Shown in pieces: positions 52,560 through 64,000 of a DNA stretch of 64,000 nucleotides. The stretch comes from an uncultured Acidobacteriota bacterium (GTDB lineage Bacteria; Acidobacteriota; Polarisedimenticolia; J045): assembly GCA_963702425.1 (NCBI GenBank), contig CAVPCQ010000019.1, positions 1 through 64,000 of the forward strand, in the 5' to 3' direction. The first letter of the stretch is position 1. Each line of letters starts with the position of its first letter. The notes under the pieces are model-generated. The model saw nothing but the letters and a program-made list of their open reading frames with translations, had not been told where the DNA came from and searched no databases. A program made the translations under genes and the position numbers.

Positions 52560-54239
52560 ATGACGACGCCGGGTCACGTTCTGCTTTCACTCGCGTGCGG
52601 CGCGCTGCTCGCCGGAGCGGTGCTGCCCGCGCCGGCGGCGACCGAGCCGGCGCAGGCGGCGCTGCCGCCGGCCGCGTCCGCGGCGATCGATGCCGGGCGG
52701 CTCGCGGGCCTGCGCTGGCCGGACTTCTCCGACTACACCAAGTGGGTCGCGGGGTTCTACGACGCGCGCGGCGGAGCGCTGGCCTGGACCGCGGCGGGTC
52801 GGCCGACGCCGCAGGCCCGTGCCCTGATCGCCCAGCTCGAAGCCGCCGACGGGAAGGGGCTGCACGCCGGGGACTACGACGGCGGCCGCTGGGCCGCCCG
52901 CGTCGCCGCGCTCGAGGCCGGGAGGGCGACGCCGCAACAGGTCGCGGACTTCGACGTCGCGCTGACCGTCAGCGCGATGCGCTACGTCTCCGACCTGCAC
53001 ATCGGCCGCGTCAACCCGGAACAGCTCGGTTTCCACCTCGACGTCGAGCCCAAGAAGTACGACCTCTCGGAGCTGCTCGACGGAATCGCGGCGGCCGACG
53101 ACGTCGCGGCGCGCCTCGACGCGGTCGAGCCGCAGTACGAGTACTACCGCGCGCTCCAGGCGGCGCTCGGGCGCTACCGCGCGCTGGTCCCCAAGGTCGC
53201 CGCGCTGCAGCCGCTCCCCGAGCCGGCGAAATCGCTCGAGCCGGGCGGGACCTACGACGCGATGCCGCGGCTGGCCGAGCTGCTGGTCCTCTATGGCGAC
53301 CTCCCGGCGGGCGAGCAGGCCGCCGCCGGAGCGACGACCTACGGCGGGCCGATGGTCGCGGCGGTCAAGCGCTTCCAGGAGCGCCACGGCCTGGCCGCGG
53401 ACGGCGTGGCGGGGAAGGGGACGTTCCGCGCGCTGAACACGCCGGTCGCCGCGCGGCTGCGGCAGATGGAACTGACGCTCGAGCGCTGGCGCTGGCTGGC
53501 CCACGAGTTCGGCGCGCCGCCGATCGCGGTCAACATCCCGGCCTTCCAGCTCCGGGCCTTCGGTCGCGAGGGAGACAAGGTCGTCCCCGAGCTGGCGATG
53601 AACGTCGTCGTCGGCAAGGAATACAAGGGCGCCCAGACCCCGATCTTCGCCCGTCCGATGAAGTACCTGGTCTTCAGCCCGTACTGGGAGGTCCCGCCGA
53701 GCATCGCCCGCAACGAGCTGTTGCCGAAGCTGGCGAAAGACCCGGGCTATGCGGCGCGCAATCACTACGTGATCGAGGGCTCGGGGGGCCGCCTGCCGGT
53801 CGACGCCGACTCGCTCGCCGCGGTCCGCGCCGGCCGGGCCCGGATCCGCCAGACGCCCGGGACGCACAACGCGCTGGGCCTGGTGAAGTTCATGTTCCCC
53901 AACGAGTTCAACGTCTACCTGCACAGCACGCCGTCGCAGGCCGCCTTCGCGCGCGAGGAGCGCGCGCTGTCGCACGGCTGCGTGCGGGTCGAGAAGCCGC
54001 TCGAGCTGGCGGAGTTCGTGCTGAAGGACGACCCGTCGTGGACGCGCGAAGCGATCGAGGCCGCGATGAACGCGGGCGAGCCGCGGACGGTGAACCTGAA
54101 GACGCCGATCTGGGTCTTCATCCTGTACGGGACGGCATTCGTCGACGAGGCGGGTGTGGTGCACTTCTACCGCGACGTGTACGGGCACGATGCCCGGCTC
54201 GACGCCGCGCTGAAGAAGGGGTACCCGTACCCGGGGTGA
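52560..54239 (+). CDS. L,D-transpeptidase, YcbB/LdtD type
   Basis: PG-binding AVKRFQERHGL..DG; VNIPAF; NALGLVKFMFPN; YLHSTP...LSHGCVRV. Confidence 0.92.
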   Translation: MTTPGHVLLSLACGALLAGAVLPAPAATEPAQAALPPAASAAIDAGRLAGLRWPDFSDYTKWVAGFYDARGGALAWTAAGRPTPQARALIAQLEAADGKGLHAGDYDGGRWAARVAALEAGRATPQQVADFDVALTVSAMRYVSDLHIGRVNPEQLGFHLDVEPKKYDLSELLDGIAAADDVAARLDAVEPQYEYYRALQAALGRYRALVPKVAALQPLPEPAKSLEPGGTYDAMPRLAELLVLYGDLPAGEQAAAGATTYGGPMVAAVKRFQERHGLAADGVAGKGTFRALNTPVAARLRQMELTLERWRWLAHEFGAPPIAVNIPAFQLRAFGREGDKVVPELAMNVVVGKEYKGAQTPIFARPMKYLVFSPYWEVPPSIARNELLPKLAKDPGYAARNHYVIEGSGGRLPVDADSLAAVRAGRARIRQTPGTHNALGLVKFMFPNEFNVYLHSTPSQAAFAREERALSHGCVRVEKPLELAEFVLKDDPSWTREAIEAAMNAGEPRTVNLKTPIWVFILYGTAFVDEAGVVHFYRDVYGHDARLDAALKKGYPYPG

Positions 54240-54357
54240 GCGCTTCCTCGTCACCCCGCGCCCCGGGGCCGTCGGCGCCGCCGGGAGTTGGTGTAATCTC
54301 CCGCCCGCGCTTCGGCGCCGGCCGGAATCGTCCTGGCGCCCGGCGGATGAGCCTGCC

Positions 54358-55584
54358 ATGACGTTCGTCGCGGTCTTCGTCGGCCTGGTCTTCCTCTACA
54401 GCCTCGTCTCGGGGCGGCTGGAGCGGACCGTTATCACCGCGCCGATCCTCTTCACCACCGCGGGACTGCTCCTGCAGCCGATCGCGGGGGAACTGCATCT
54501 TCCGGAGGGGAGCGTCTCCCTGTTCCTGCTCGTCGCCGAGGTCGGGCTGGTGCTCCTGCTGTTCACCGACGCCAGTCGCACCGACCTGGGCCTCCTCCGC
54601 GCGAGTGGGAGCCTGTCCGCGCGGCTGCTCGGCATCGGGATGCTGCCGACGATCCTGCTCGGCGCCGTGGCGGCGCGCGCCGTCTTCCCGGCGCTCTCCC
54701 TCTGGGAGGCGGGGATCCTGGGGGCGATCCTGGCCCCGACCGACGCCGGCCTCGGGCAGGTGGTCGTGAGCAGTCCGCGGGTGCCGGCCCGGATCCGGGA
54801 GGCACTGAACGTCGAGGCGGGACTCAACGACGGGCTCTCGGTCCCGTTCCTGCTGTTTTTCCTGGCCCTCGTCGTGGCGCGTACGGAGGGGTCGGGGACC
54901 GGCCTTTCGCAGTTCGTCGTGCAGCAGCTCGGGTATGGCGCGCTGATCGGGGCCGGGATCGGCCTCGCCGGGGGATGGCTGCTGGCGAGCGCGGACCGGC
55001 ACGGGTGGATGTCCTCGCCGATGCAGCAGCTCGGCGTCGTCTGCCTGCCCCTGCTCGGCCTGCTCGCCTCCGAGGCGGCCGGTGCCAGCATGTTCATCGC
55101 CGCGTTCGTCGCCGGACTGGCAGTGCAGGTGCGCTTCGGGGAGGCCGGCCGCCACAGCATCGAATTCGCGGAGAGCTGGGGCCAGCTGCTCAACCTCTCC
55201 GTCTTCTTCCTGTTCGGACTGCTGGTCGCCCGCGAAGCCGGGCTGCGCGACGCGCGGCTGGTGCTCTACGCTGTTCTCAGCCTGACCGTGGTGCGCATGC
55301 TGCCGGTCGCGCTCGCGCTCGTCGGCGCAGGGTTGAGCCGCGCGAGCGTGATCTTCATGGGCTGGTTCGGACCGCGGGGCCTGGCCTCCATCGTGCTGGG
55401 GTTGGTCTACCTCGAGCAGGAGACGCACACGCCGGGAGAGCCGACCATCCGGCTGGCGGTGATGATGACCGTGCTGCTGAGCATCTTTGCGCACGGCCTG
55501 AGCGCCAAGCCGGGGATCGATCGCTATGCCGCGAAGGTCTCGGCTCTCGGGCCGGGGGCGCCTGAGCACCAGGATCCCGCCTAG
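54358..55584 (+). CDS. Cation:proton antiporter (CPA1/NhaP-like)
   Basis: LFTDA, LAPTDAGLG, EAGLNDG, GWFGPRGLAS. Confidence 0.9.
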   Translation: MTFVAVFVGLVFLYSLVSGRLERTVITAPILFTTAGLLLQPIAGELHLPEGSVSLFLLVAEVGLVLLLFTDASRTDLGLLRASGSLSARLLGIGMLPTILLGAVAARAVFPALSLWEAGILGAILAPTDAGLGQVVVSSPRVPARIREALNVEAGLNDGLSVPFLLFFLALVVARTEGSGTGLSQFVVQQLGYGALIGAGIGLAGGWLLASADRHGWMSSPMQQLGVVCLPLLGLLASEAAGASMFIAAFVAGLAVQVRFGEAGRHSIEFAESWGQLLNLSVFFLFGLLVAREAGLRDARLVLYAVLSLTVVRMLPVALALVGAGLSRASVIFMGWFGPRGLASIVLGLVYLEQETHTPGEPTIRLAVMMTVLLSIFAHGLSAKPGIDRYAAKVSALGPGAPEHQDPA

Positions 55585-55648
55585 CGGGGGACTTCGGGAC
55601 GCCGGGGAGACCGGGCCGCAGCGGGGATCACGCAGCAGGCGTCCACGG

Positions 55649-56473
55649 TCAAAGCGCCCCCGCGGACCGGAGGAACGCTTCGATCCCGCTCCAGAACGCG
55701 TCCAGCTCGTCCACCGGCGGGCAGTCGTTGTGGTCGCAGTCCATCGCGACGAGCTGCGCCCGCTGCCCGGCCGCAGCCGCCAGCGCGCGACCGTGCTCGG
55801 GCGGGACGATCGTGTCGCGCTCGCCGTGGAGGATCAGCACCGGCGCCGTGGTCGCGCGCAGCGCGGCGAGGTTGTCGAACGGGTCGCGCACCATCGCTCG
55901 AGGAAGCAGGTAGCCGCGCGCCATGTCGACGACGCTGGTGAAGCCCGACTGCAGGATCATCGCCCGCGGCGGCCGGACGACCGCCAGCCCCAGCACGGCG
56001 GCGACGCCGAGCGAGCGGCCGTGGTAGACGATCCGCTCGCGGTCGACATCGGGCCGGGCGGCCAGCCCGTCGTAGAAGCGCGGGAAGTCCTCCGCGATCG
56101 CGGCCTCGGACGGCTTGCCGGCCGAGCGGCCGTAGCCGCGGTATTCCGGCAGCAGGACGTGGAAGCCCAGCGCCTGGTAGCGCCGGGCCTCCTCGACCCA
56201 GCGGTCGATCACCTCGGCGTTGCCGTGGGCGCAGATCACCGCGGGCCGGGGCGCGTCGGCCGACGCGCCGGGCGCCGGAAAGAACCAGCCTTCGACCGGC
56301 CCCTCAGGGCTGGCGACGTGCAGGACCTCGACCCCCGGCGGCGGCGCCGGCTCCTTCACGTAGCGCGGGAGATAGCGCGGGAAGAGGATCGCGCGCTGCA
56401 GCGACCACGCCAGCGCGTAGTAGCCCGCGGCGACCGCCAGGAGGACCAGGGCCAGCGTCGTAAGGCGCGCCAT
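55649..56473 (-). CDS. Alpha/beta hydrolase (ABHD13/Bem46-like)
   Basis: HGNAE, EYRGYGRS, GRSLG, HGERD, HND. Confidence 0.88.
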   Translation of the reverse strand: MARLTTLALVLLAVAAGYYALAWSLQRAILFPRYLPRYVKEPAPPPGVEVLHVASPEGPVEGWFFPAPGASADAPRPAVICAHGNAEVIDRWVEEARRYQALGFHVLLPEYRGYGRSAGKPSEAAIAEDFPRFYDGLAARPDVDRERIVYHGRSLGVAAVLGLAVVRPPRAMILQSGFTSVVDMARGYLLPRAMVRDPFDNLAALRATTAPVLILHGERDTIVPPEHGRALAAAAGQRAQLVAMDCDHNDCPPVDELDAFWSGIEAFLRSAGAL

Positions 56474-56511
56474 CCGCGCATTCTAGTCGCGCTTTCGGCT
56501 ACCATGCGCGG

Positions 56512-57009
56512 ATGGAAGGAACGGGCCACGACGCGGTGACGGCGCGCCTCCCCGGCGAGTTCGCGGTGGTGCTGGTCGGCATCCGCCTCAACCGCTGGTG
56601 GCGGGTCGACCACTGGCTCTGGGCGCGGCGCGCGATGCGTGGCCTGATGAAGGACCTGGCGTCCGACCCCTCGTGGGGCCTGCTCGGCTACCAGGAGTGG
56701 AGCGGCGCGCGCTTCCTGACCATGGTGCAGTACTGGAGGTCGTTCGAGGACCTCGTCCGCTGGTCGCGCGTTCCGAAGGGGGCGCACCGCACCGTCTGGA
56801 CCGAGTACACCCGACGTCTCGCCGCGTCGGGCGCTGTCGGGATCTGGCACGAAACATACGTCGCCGGGCCGGGGCGCTACGAGACGGTCTACACCAACGT
56901 GCCACCGACCGGCCTGGGGCGGATCGTGGCCCCAGAGGTCGCGATCAAGCGACTGGGGACGGCGGTGGGGCGGATGCGCGCGACGCTCGATCCCACAGAA
57001 CCTTCGTGA
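56512..57009 (+). CDS. DUF4188 family protein
   Basis: VVLVGIRLNRWW, VQYWRSFEDL, VGIWHETY, YETVYTNVPP.GLG. Confidence 0.82.
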   Translation: MEGTGHDAVTARLPGEFAVVLVGIRLNRWWRVDHWLWARRAMRGLMKDLASDPSWGLLGYQEWSGARFLTMVQYWRSFEDLVRWSRVPKGAHRTVWTEYTRRLAASGAVGIWHETYVAGPGRYETVYTNVPPTGLGRIVAPEVAIKRLGTAVGRMRATLDPTEPS

Positions 57010-57844
57010 CCACCGCGCCCAGCAGGTAGACCAGCGCCGAGTACTGCACCCACAGCACGAGCGCGATGATCGACCACGCGGTCCCGTACATCGACGCCAG
57101 GATCGAGCGGCCGATCAGCGCGCCGACGATGCCGTTGCCGATCGCGAGCAGGATCGCGGTCACGAAGGCCGCCGGGTAGACAAAGACGCGCGGCGGCCGT
57201 CGCATCGCGAGCAGCCGCCACGAGATCCCGATCAGCAGCGTCACCAGCGTCAGCGACACGACGAAGTGCAGCCGGCGCAGCGAGGGGAGCGCGAAGTACT
57301 CCTCCGCGCCGGGCAGGACGCGCTCATGCAGGAAGGCGATCCCGGCGTTGGCGAAGAGCAGCGCCACGAACAGCGCCGCCGTCACGATCACCATCGCGAT
57401 CGCGACCACGTAGGTGCTCACGATCCGCCACAGCACGGGCGGCCGCTCCGCGCGCGGGGGCCGGCCGAAGATCACGGCGAGCGAGCGGCGGTTCTGCAGG
57501 AAGATCGACATCCCGGCGATGGCGAGAACGACCAGTTGGGTCCACCACGACCACGAGGTCGGTTTGCCCGAGGCCTTGAGCTGCAGGACCCAGGAGACCA
57601 GCTTCTCCGCCTCGGATCCGGCGAACGATCGCACGCTCGCCAGGAACTCCTGGCCCGCCTCGGGGTTCGGGAAGAAGGCCGCGATCGTCTCGAGCGCGAA
57701 CAGCAGCAGCGGGACGACCGAGAGCAGCGCGAACGCGGAGATCGCGGCGGCGTGCGTGGAGAGCTGGACGCGGGATGACTCGTGCGCGACGTCGCGCACG
57801 AAATCGCACAGCGTGCGCCAGGCCCGGGCCGCCCGTCCCGTCAT
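56945..57844 (-). CDS. YihY/BrkB family membrane protein
   Basis: AAAISAFALLSVVPLL, SMYGT, LWVQYSALVYLLGA. Start uncertain. Confidence 0.8.
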   Translation of the reverse strand: MTGRAARAWRTLCDFVRDVAHESSRVQLSTHAAAISAFALLSVVPLLLFALETIAAFFPNPEAGQEFLASVRSFAGSEAEKLVSWVLQLKASGKPTSWSWWTQLVVLAIAGMSIFLQNRRSLAVIFGRPPRAERPPVLWRIVSTYVVAIAMVIVTAALFVALLFANAGIAFLHERVLPGAEEYFALPSLRRLHFVVSLTLVTLLIGISWRLLAMRRPPRVFVYPAAFVTAILLAIGNGIVGALIGRSILASMYGTAWSIIALVLWVQYSALVYLLGAVVTKVLWDRASRASAPPPSPVA

Positions 57845-57891
57845 CGATCTCGGCACCGATCTCGCATCCTGCGAACTGCGCCGGGCCGCCG

Positions 57892-61204
<3,313 letters not shown>

Positions 61205-61507
61205 CGGTTTCTCCAGGGAGGCGCGTGGGATGGGTGGCATGGTAGTGCCGCCACCGCGCGAATTGTAGGGGCCGTCCTCCGTGGCGGCCCGCTCGGCGCC
61301 TGCCGACGGGCGGGCCAGCACTCCCCGCGGCCGGCGCCTGGCCGGTTCCGGAACGCGGGTTCGCTTCGCGAAGTCGAAGCGGGGCCCCGGTCGGCCCCTG
61401 CGCTCCCTGGGCCGCGCCTCTGGTATCTTCTGCCTGCCTGCTGCGCGGAATTCCCGCGCGGCAGCCGATACCCGCGGTCTCGGCAACCGCCAGAACGGAG
61501 GATTTCC

Positions 61508-61882
61508 ATGGGCCTGATGCAGGAATTCAAAGAGTTCGCGATGAAGGGCAACGTCGTCGACATGGCGGTCGGCATCGTCATCGGCGGCGCGTTCGGCAAG
61601 CTCGTCAGCTCCTTCGTCGACAACGTCCTGATGCCGCCGATCGGGCTGCTGCTCGGGGGCATCAACTTCTCGACGTGGGGGATCCAGCTGACGGACGGCG
61701 TCAACTGGAAGGTGGGCGCGTTCATCCAGACCGTGATCGACTTCACGATCATCGCCTTCGCGCTGTTCATGGTCATCCGGGTGATGAACAAGCTCCGTGC
61801 GCCGGCCCCGCCCGCGCCGGCTCCGGTGGTTCCGGACGACGTCAAGCTGCTGACCGAGATCCGCGACCTGCTGAAGAAGTAG
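61508..61882 (+). CDS. mscL: Large-conductance mechanosensitive channel
   Basis: [30 protein letters not shown]...[11 protein letters not shown]. Confidence 0.96.
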   Translation: MGLMQEFKEFAMKGNVVDMAVGIVIGGAFGKLVSSFVDNVLMPPIGLLLGGINFSTWGIQLTDGVNWKVGAFIQTVIDFTIIAFALFMVIRVMNKLRAPAPPAPAPVVPDDVKLLTEIRDLLKK

Positions 61883-61905
61883 CGCGAAGCGAAGTGAGCG
61901 CATCG

Positions 61906-61934
61906 GCGGGCGGGGCCACGACCCCGCCCGTTTC
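61906..61934 (+). terminator. Intrinsic terminator-like hairpin after mscL
   Basis: GCGGGCGGGG-CCACGA-CCCCGCCCGT followed by a short T tract. Confidence 0.55.
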
Positions 61935-62085
61935 ACATTCCGGCGGAGGGTGCAAGGCGTTCGGGGAACGGCGCAATCGCGGCCACGAACTCCGCCGGCC
62001 GCTTCTCGTGCGGGATGTGCCCGGCGCCTTTCAGCCCGATCAGCTCGGCCCCGGGACGCAGCCCGGCGACGCGGCGGCTCGCGGC
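61933..62085 (-). pseudogene. C-terminal remnant of an alpha/beta hydrolase
   Basis: PGAELIGLKGAGHIPHEKRPAEFVAAIAPF matches the GAGHxxHxExP tail; no upstream hydrolase body. Confidence 0.5.
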
Positions 62086-62357
62086 GGGCGCGGAGGGCTG
62101 CCTGAGGCTTGACCGGAGCGGCTGCGGGGGCGCAGACTCCTCGCGATTCGCGCGGTCGAGGGTCCTCGTCGACCCCGGAAATGCCAACCCGGCCCCGCGA
62201 GTCAGGTCGTGACGATGAGCACTGCAGCAATTCGACGGCTGCTCGACGAGATCCCCCGATCTCGTCGGGAGTGTCGTGTTTCGGCTGCCGACGTGCCCCC
62301 CCGCTCGGACGACTCGAGTCCAGCACGGCCCTCGGGATCACGGGAAAAGGAGGAGGG

Positions 62358-62900
62358 ATGAGGAGACTCGGGCTGCTTCTGCTCGCGCCGCTCCTGATTT
62401 CGGGCGCCCTCGCCCAGGAGAGCGCGAGCTTCCAGGTCACCGAGAGCAACTGGAACGCCGGAGGTCATCCACACGATGGCGTCGTGCTCGCGTCCTCCCG
62501 CTTCCGCGTGACGCTGGACGGGATCGGCGAGTCCGCTCCACCGACCTCGATACGCAGTGCCTCGTATGCCGTGATGCTCGGCTTCGTGGGCCAGTTTCCG
62601 AGCCCCGGCGAGGTCGTCGGTCTGGAGTTTCCCGACGCGGTGAGCCTGGCCTGGGCTCCCGAGCGGTCCGCCGGAATCTACAACGTGTACCGCGACGATC
62701 TCGGCGCCCTGTCGGGCGGCGGGTCTGGGGCGTGCTGGCAGGCCGGCCTCGTCGCGCCGGCGACCACGGATCCACAGGCGCCCGCGAGCGGCCAGGGGGC
62801 GTTCTACCTGGTGACCGTGGAGAACCGCCTCGGAGAGGAGTCGACGAAGGGTTGGGCGAGCGACGGAACGGAGCGCTCCAACACCGCACCGTGTCCTTGA
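62358..62900 (+). CDS. Small secreted protein ending in the Cys-capped C-terminal domain
   Basis: AGGAGG RBS, signal peptide MRRLGLLLLAPLLISGALA, N-module NAGG..SSRFRV..IGE..SASY..GF, then the shared CTD. Confidence 0.8.
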   Translation: MRRLGLLLLAPLLISGALAQESASFQVTESNWNAGGHPHDGVVLASSRFRVTLDGIGESAPPTSIRSASYAVMLGFVGQFPSPGEVVGLEFPDAVSLAWAPERSAGIYNVYRDDLGALSGGGSGACWQAGLVAPATTDPQAPASGQGAFYLVTVENRLGEESTKGWASDGTERSNTAPCP

Positions 62901-62914
62901 CGGAGGGGATCCTC

Positions 62915-64000
62915 ATGAGACGCATTGCAATCGCCGTGGCCATCCTGTCGTGCGCTCTGAGCGTGACGCCGGCAGCCCAGCCGCCGAGCTTCCTCAACTA
63001 CCAGGGCGTGCTCCGCGACAGCGGTGGAACGCCGCTCGACGGGACGTTCCCCATGATCTTCCGTTTCTTCACTGTCGAGACGGGCGGGCAGTCGATCCTA
63101 GCGGACCAGCATGCGGCCGTGGAGGTCGTGGCCGGCCTCTTCTCGGTCCGGGTCGGCAGCGGTGTCGTGTCTGACGGGGCGGCACCCGGCACCTACGCCG
63201 ACGTCGCGAGAGTCTTCGCGGACTTCTCGGTTCTCTTCCTGGAGCTCGAGATCTCCGGCGAGGTGCTCGCACCGCGCACGCCGCTCGCTTCGGGGGGATA
63301 TGCGCTCAACGCGCGTTATGTCAACGGGGTGGAAGTCGCCGCCTCGGACGCGCTCGATCTCTACGTCGATGCTTTGATGGGGAACGACGACAACGACGGG
63401 CTGAAGCGGGGGACGCCCAAGCGGACGATCCAGGCGGCGATCGACCGCATTCCGGCGATCCTCCGGGGCGATGTCACGGTCCACATCAACCCCGGCACCT
63501 ATGCGGAGGCAGTCGCGTTGCTCGACCGGAATCTTCCCGCGGACTCGAGCATCACCCTGCGCGGAGAGGCGCCGGGAGTCCGGATCACGGGGGAACGGAC
63601 CCGGCCCATCGGCCTGGAGGTCCGCAGCGTCAGGGACTTCGTGATCGAGAATCTCGAAGTCACCGACACCACGAGCTACAACGTGCAGACGACCGACGCC
63701 TCGGGCACGATCCGGTCGTGCGTGTTGACGTCGACGGCCACACCGAGTCTGGGGGCCGGAATCCTCGTGTCGCGAGGCTTCGTCACGGTGGAGCAGAGCA
63801 CGCTCTCCAACCACGCCGTCGAAGGGATCGTCTGCTCGTCCGCCGCGCGGTGCTTCCTCGACGACGTCACCATCACCGGCAATGGCCGCGGCATCGACGT
63901 GCTGCGGGGCAGCATGGTCCGCTTCGTCGGGCGGGCCAGCGTCACGGGCAACTCCGTCGGATGCCGCGCCTTCGGCCACGGCCAGGTCGACTTCGGTTAC
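62915..64000 (+). CDS. Secreted YQG-domain fibre-like protein with a parallel beta-helix (DUF1565-like) region; partial, runs off the window
   Basis: Not in the ORF track (no stop within the window). GGAGG RBS; MRRIAIAVAILSCALSVTPAA; LNYQGVLRD..G.P...GLFSV...L.PRTPL...YALNA; LYVD..GND.NDG....P..TIQAAID. Confidence 0.8.
   Translation, partial: MRRIAIAVAILSCALSVTPAAQPPSFLNYQGVLRDSGGTPLDGTFPMIFRFFTVETGGQSILADQHAAVEVVAGLFSVRVGSGVVSDGAAPGTYADVARVFADFSVLFLELEISGEVLAPRTPLASGGYALNARYVNGVEVAASDALDLYVDALMGNDDNDGLKRGTPKRTIQAAIDRIPAILRGDVTVHINPGTYAEAVALLDRNLPADSSITLRGEAPGVRITGERTRPIGLEVRSVRDFVIENLEVTDTTSYNVQTTDASGTIRSCVLTSTATPSLGAGILVSRGFVTVEQSTLSNHAVEGIVCSSAARCFLDDVTITGNGRGIDVLRGSMVRFVGRASVTGNSVGCRAFGHGQVDFGY

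Overview
High-GC bacterial genomic DNA. The gene repertoire (Hanks kinase-TolB/TPR and kinase-FGE-hydrolase fusions, BNR/VPS10 protein, Cys-capped secreted proteins) suggests Acidobacteriota; this is inference. Positions ~1-28.2 kb form an accessory region littered with one rve/DDE insertion-sequence family with TGT...ACA ends (2 full-length copies plus about 7 fragments), remnants of IS91-like and other transposases, and a 5' half of a group II intron. Between these lie an ABC-2 transporter, vapBC, Ser/Thr kinases, a modular M4 protease, a propeller sensor kinase/NarL pair and a large lower-GC secreted protein. Positions 28.3-61.9 kb look like core genome: thiolase-scoAB-atoE-yitT, a GTAG-REP tandem array, ogt, an IYD-like nitroreductase, a hybrid PAS kinase, DUF2339 plus partner, a DUF1611-like/ABC exporter/repeat protein/barrel operon, murJ, an L,D-transpeptidase, an antiporter, a BNR protein and mscL. 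The best candidate for an undescribed system is a shared ~95-110 aa C-terminal domain (LxW...Y/FxxxRG/D...C...D..P..G..(W/F)YLV...N..G...R...C-COOH) on three otherwise unrelated secreted proteins, one of which is paired with a YQG-type fibre-like gene. It may be a C-terminal sorting/anchoring signal. Seven single-base +1 insertions split five otherwise intact genes and are probably sequencing errors. All family calls come from motif recognition by eye, not from database searches.
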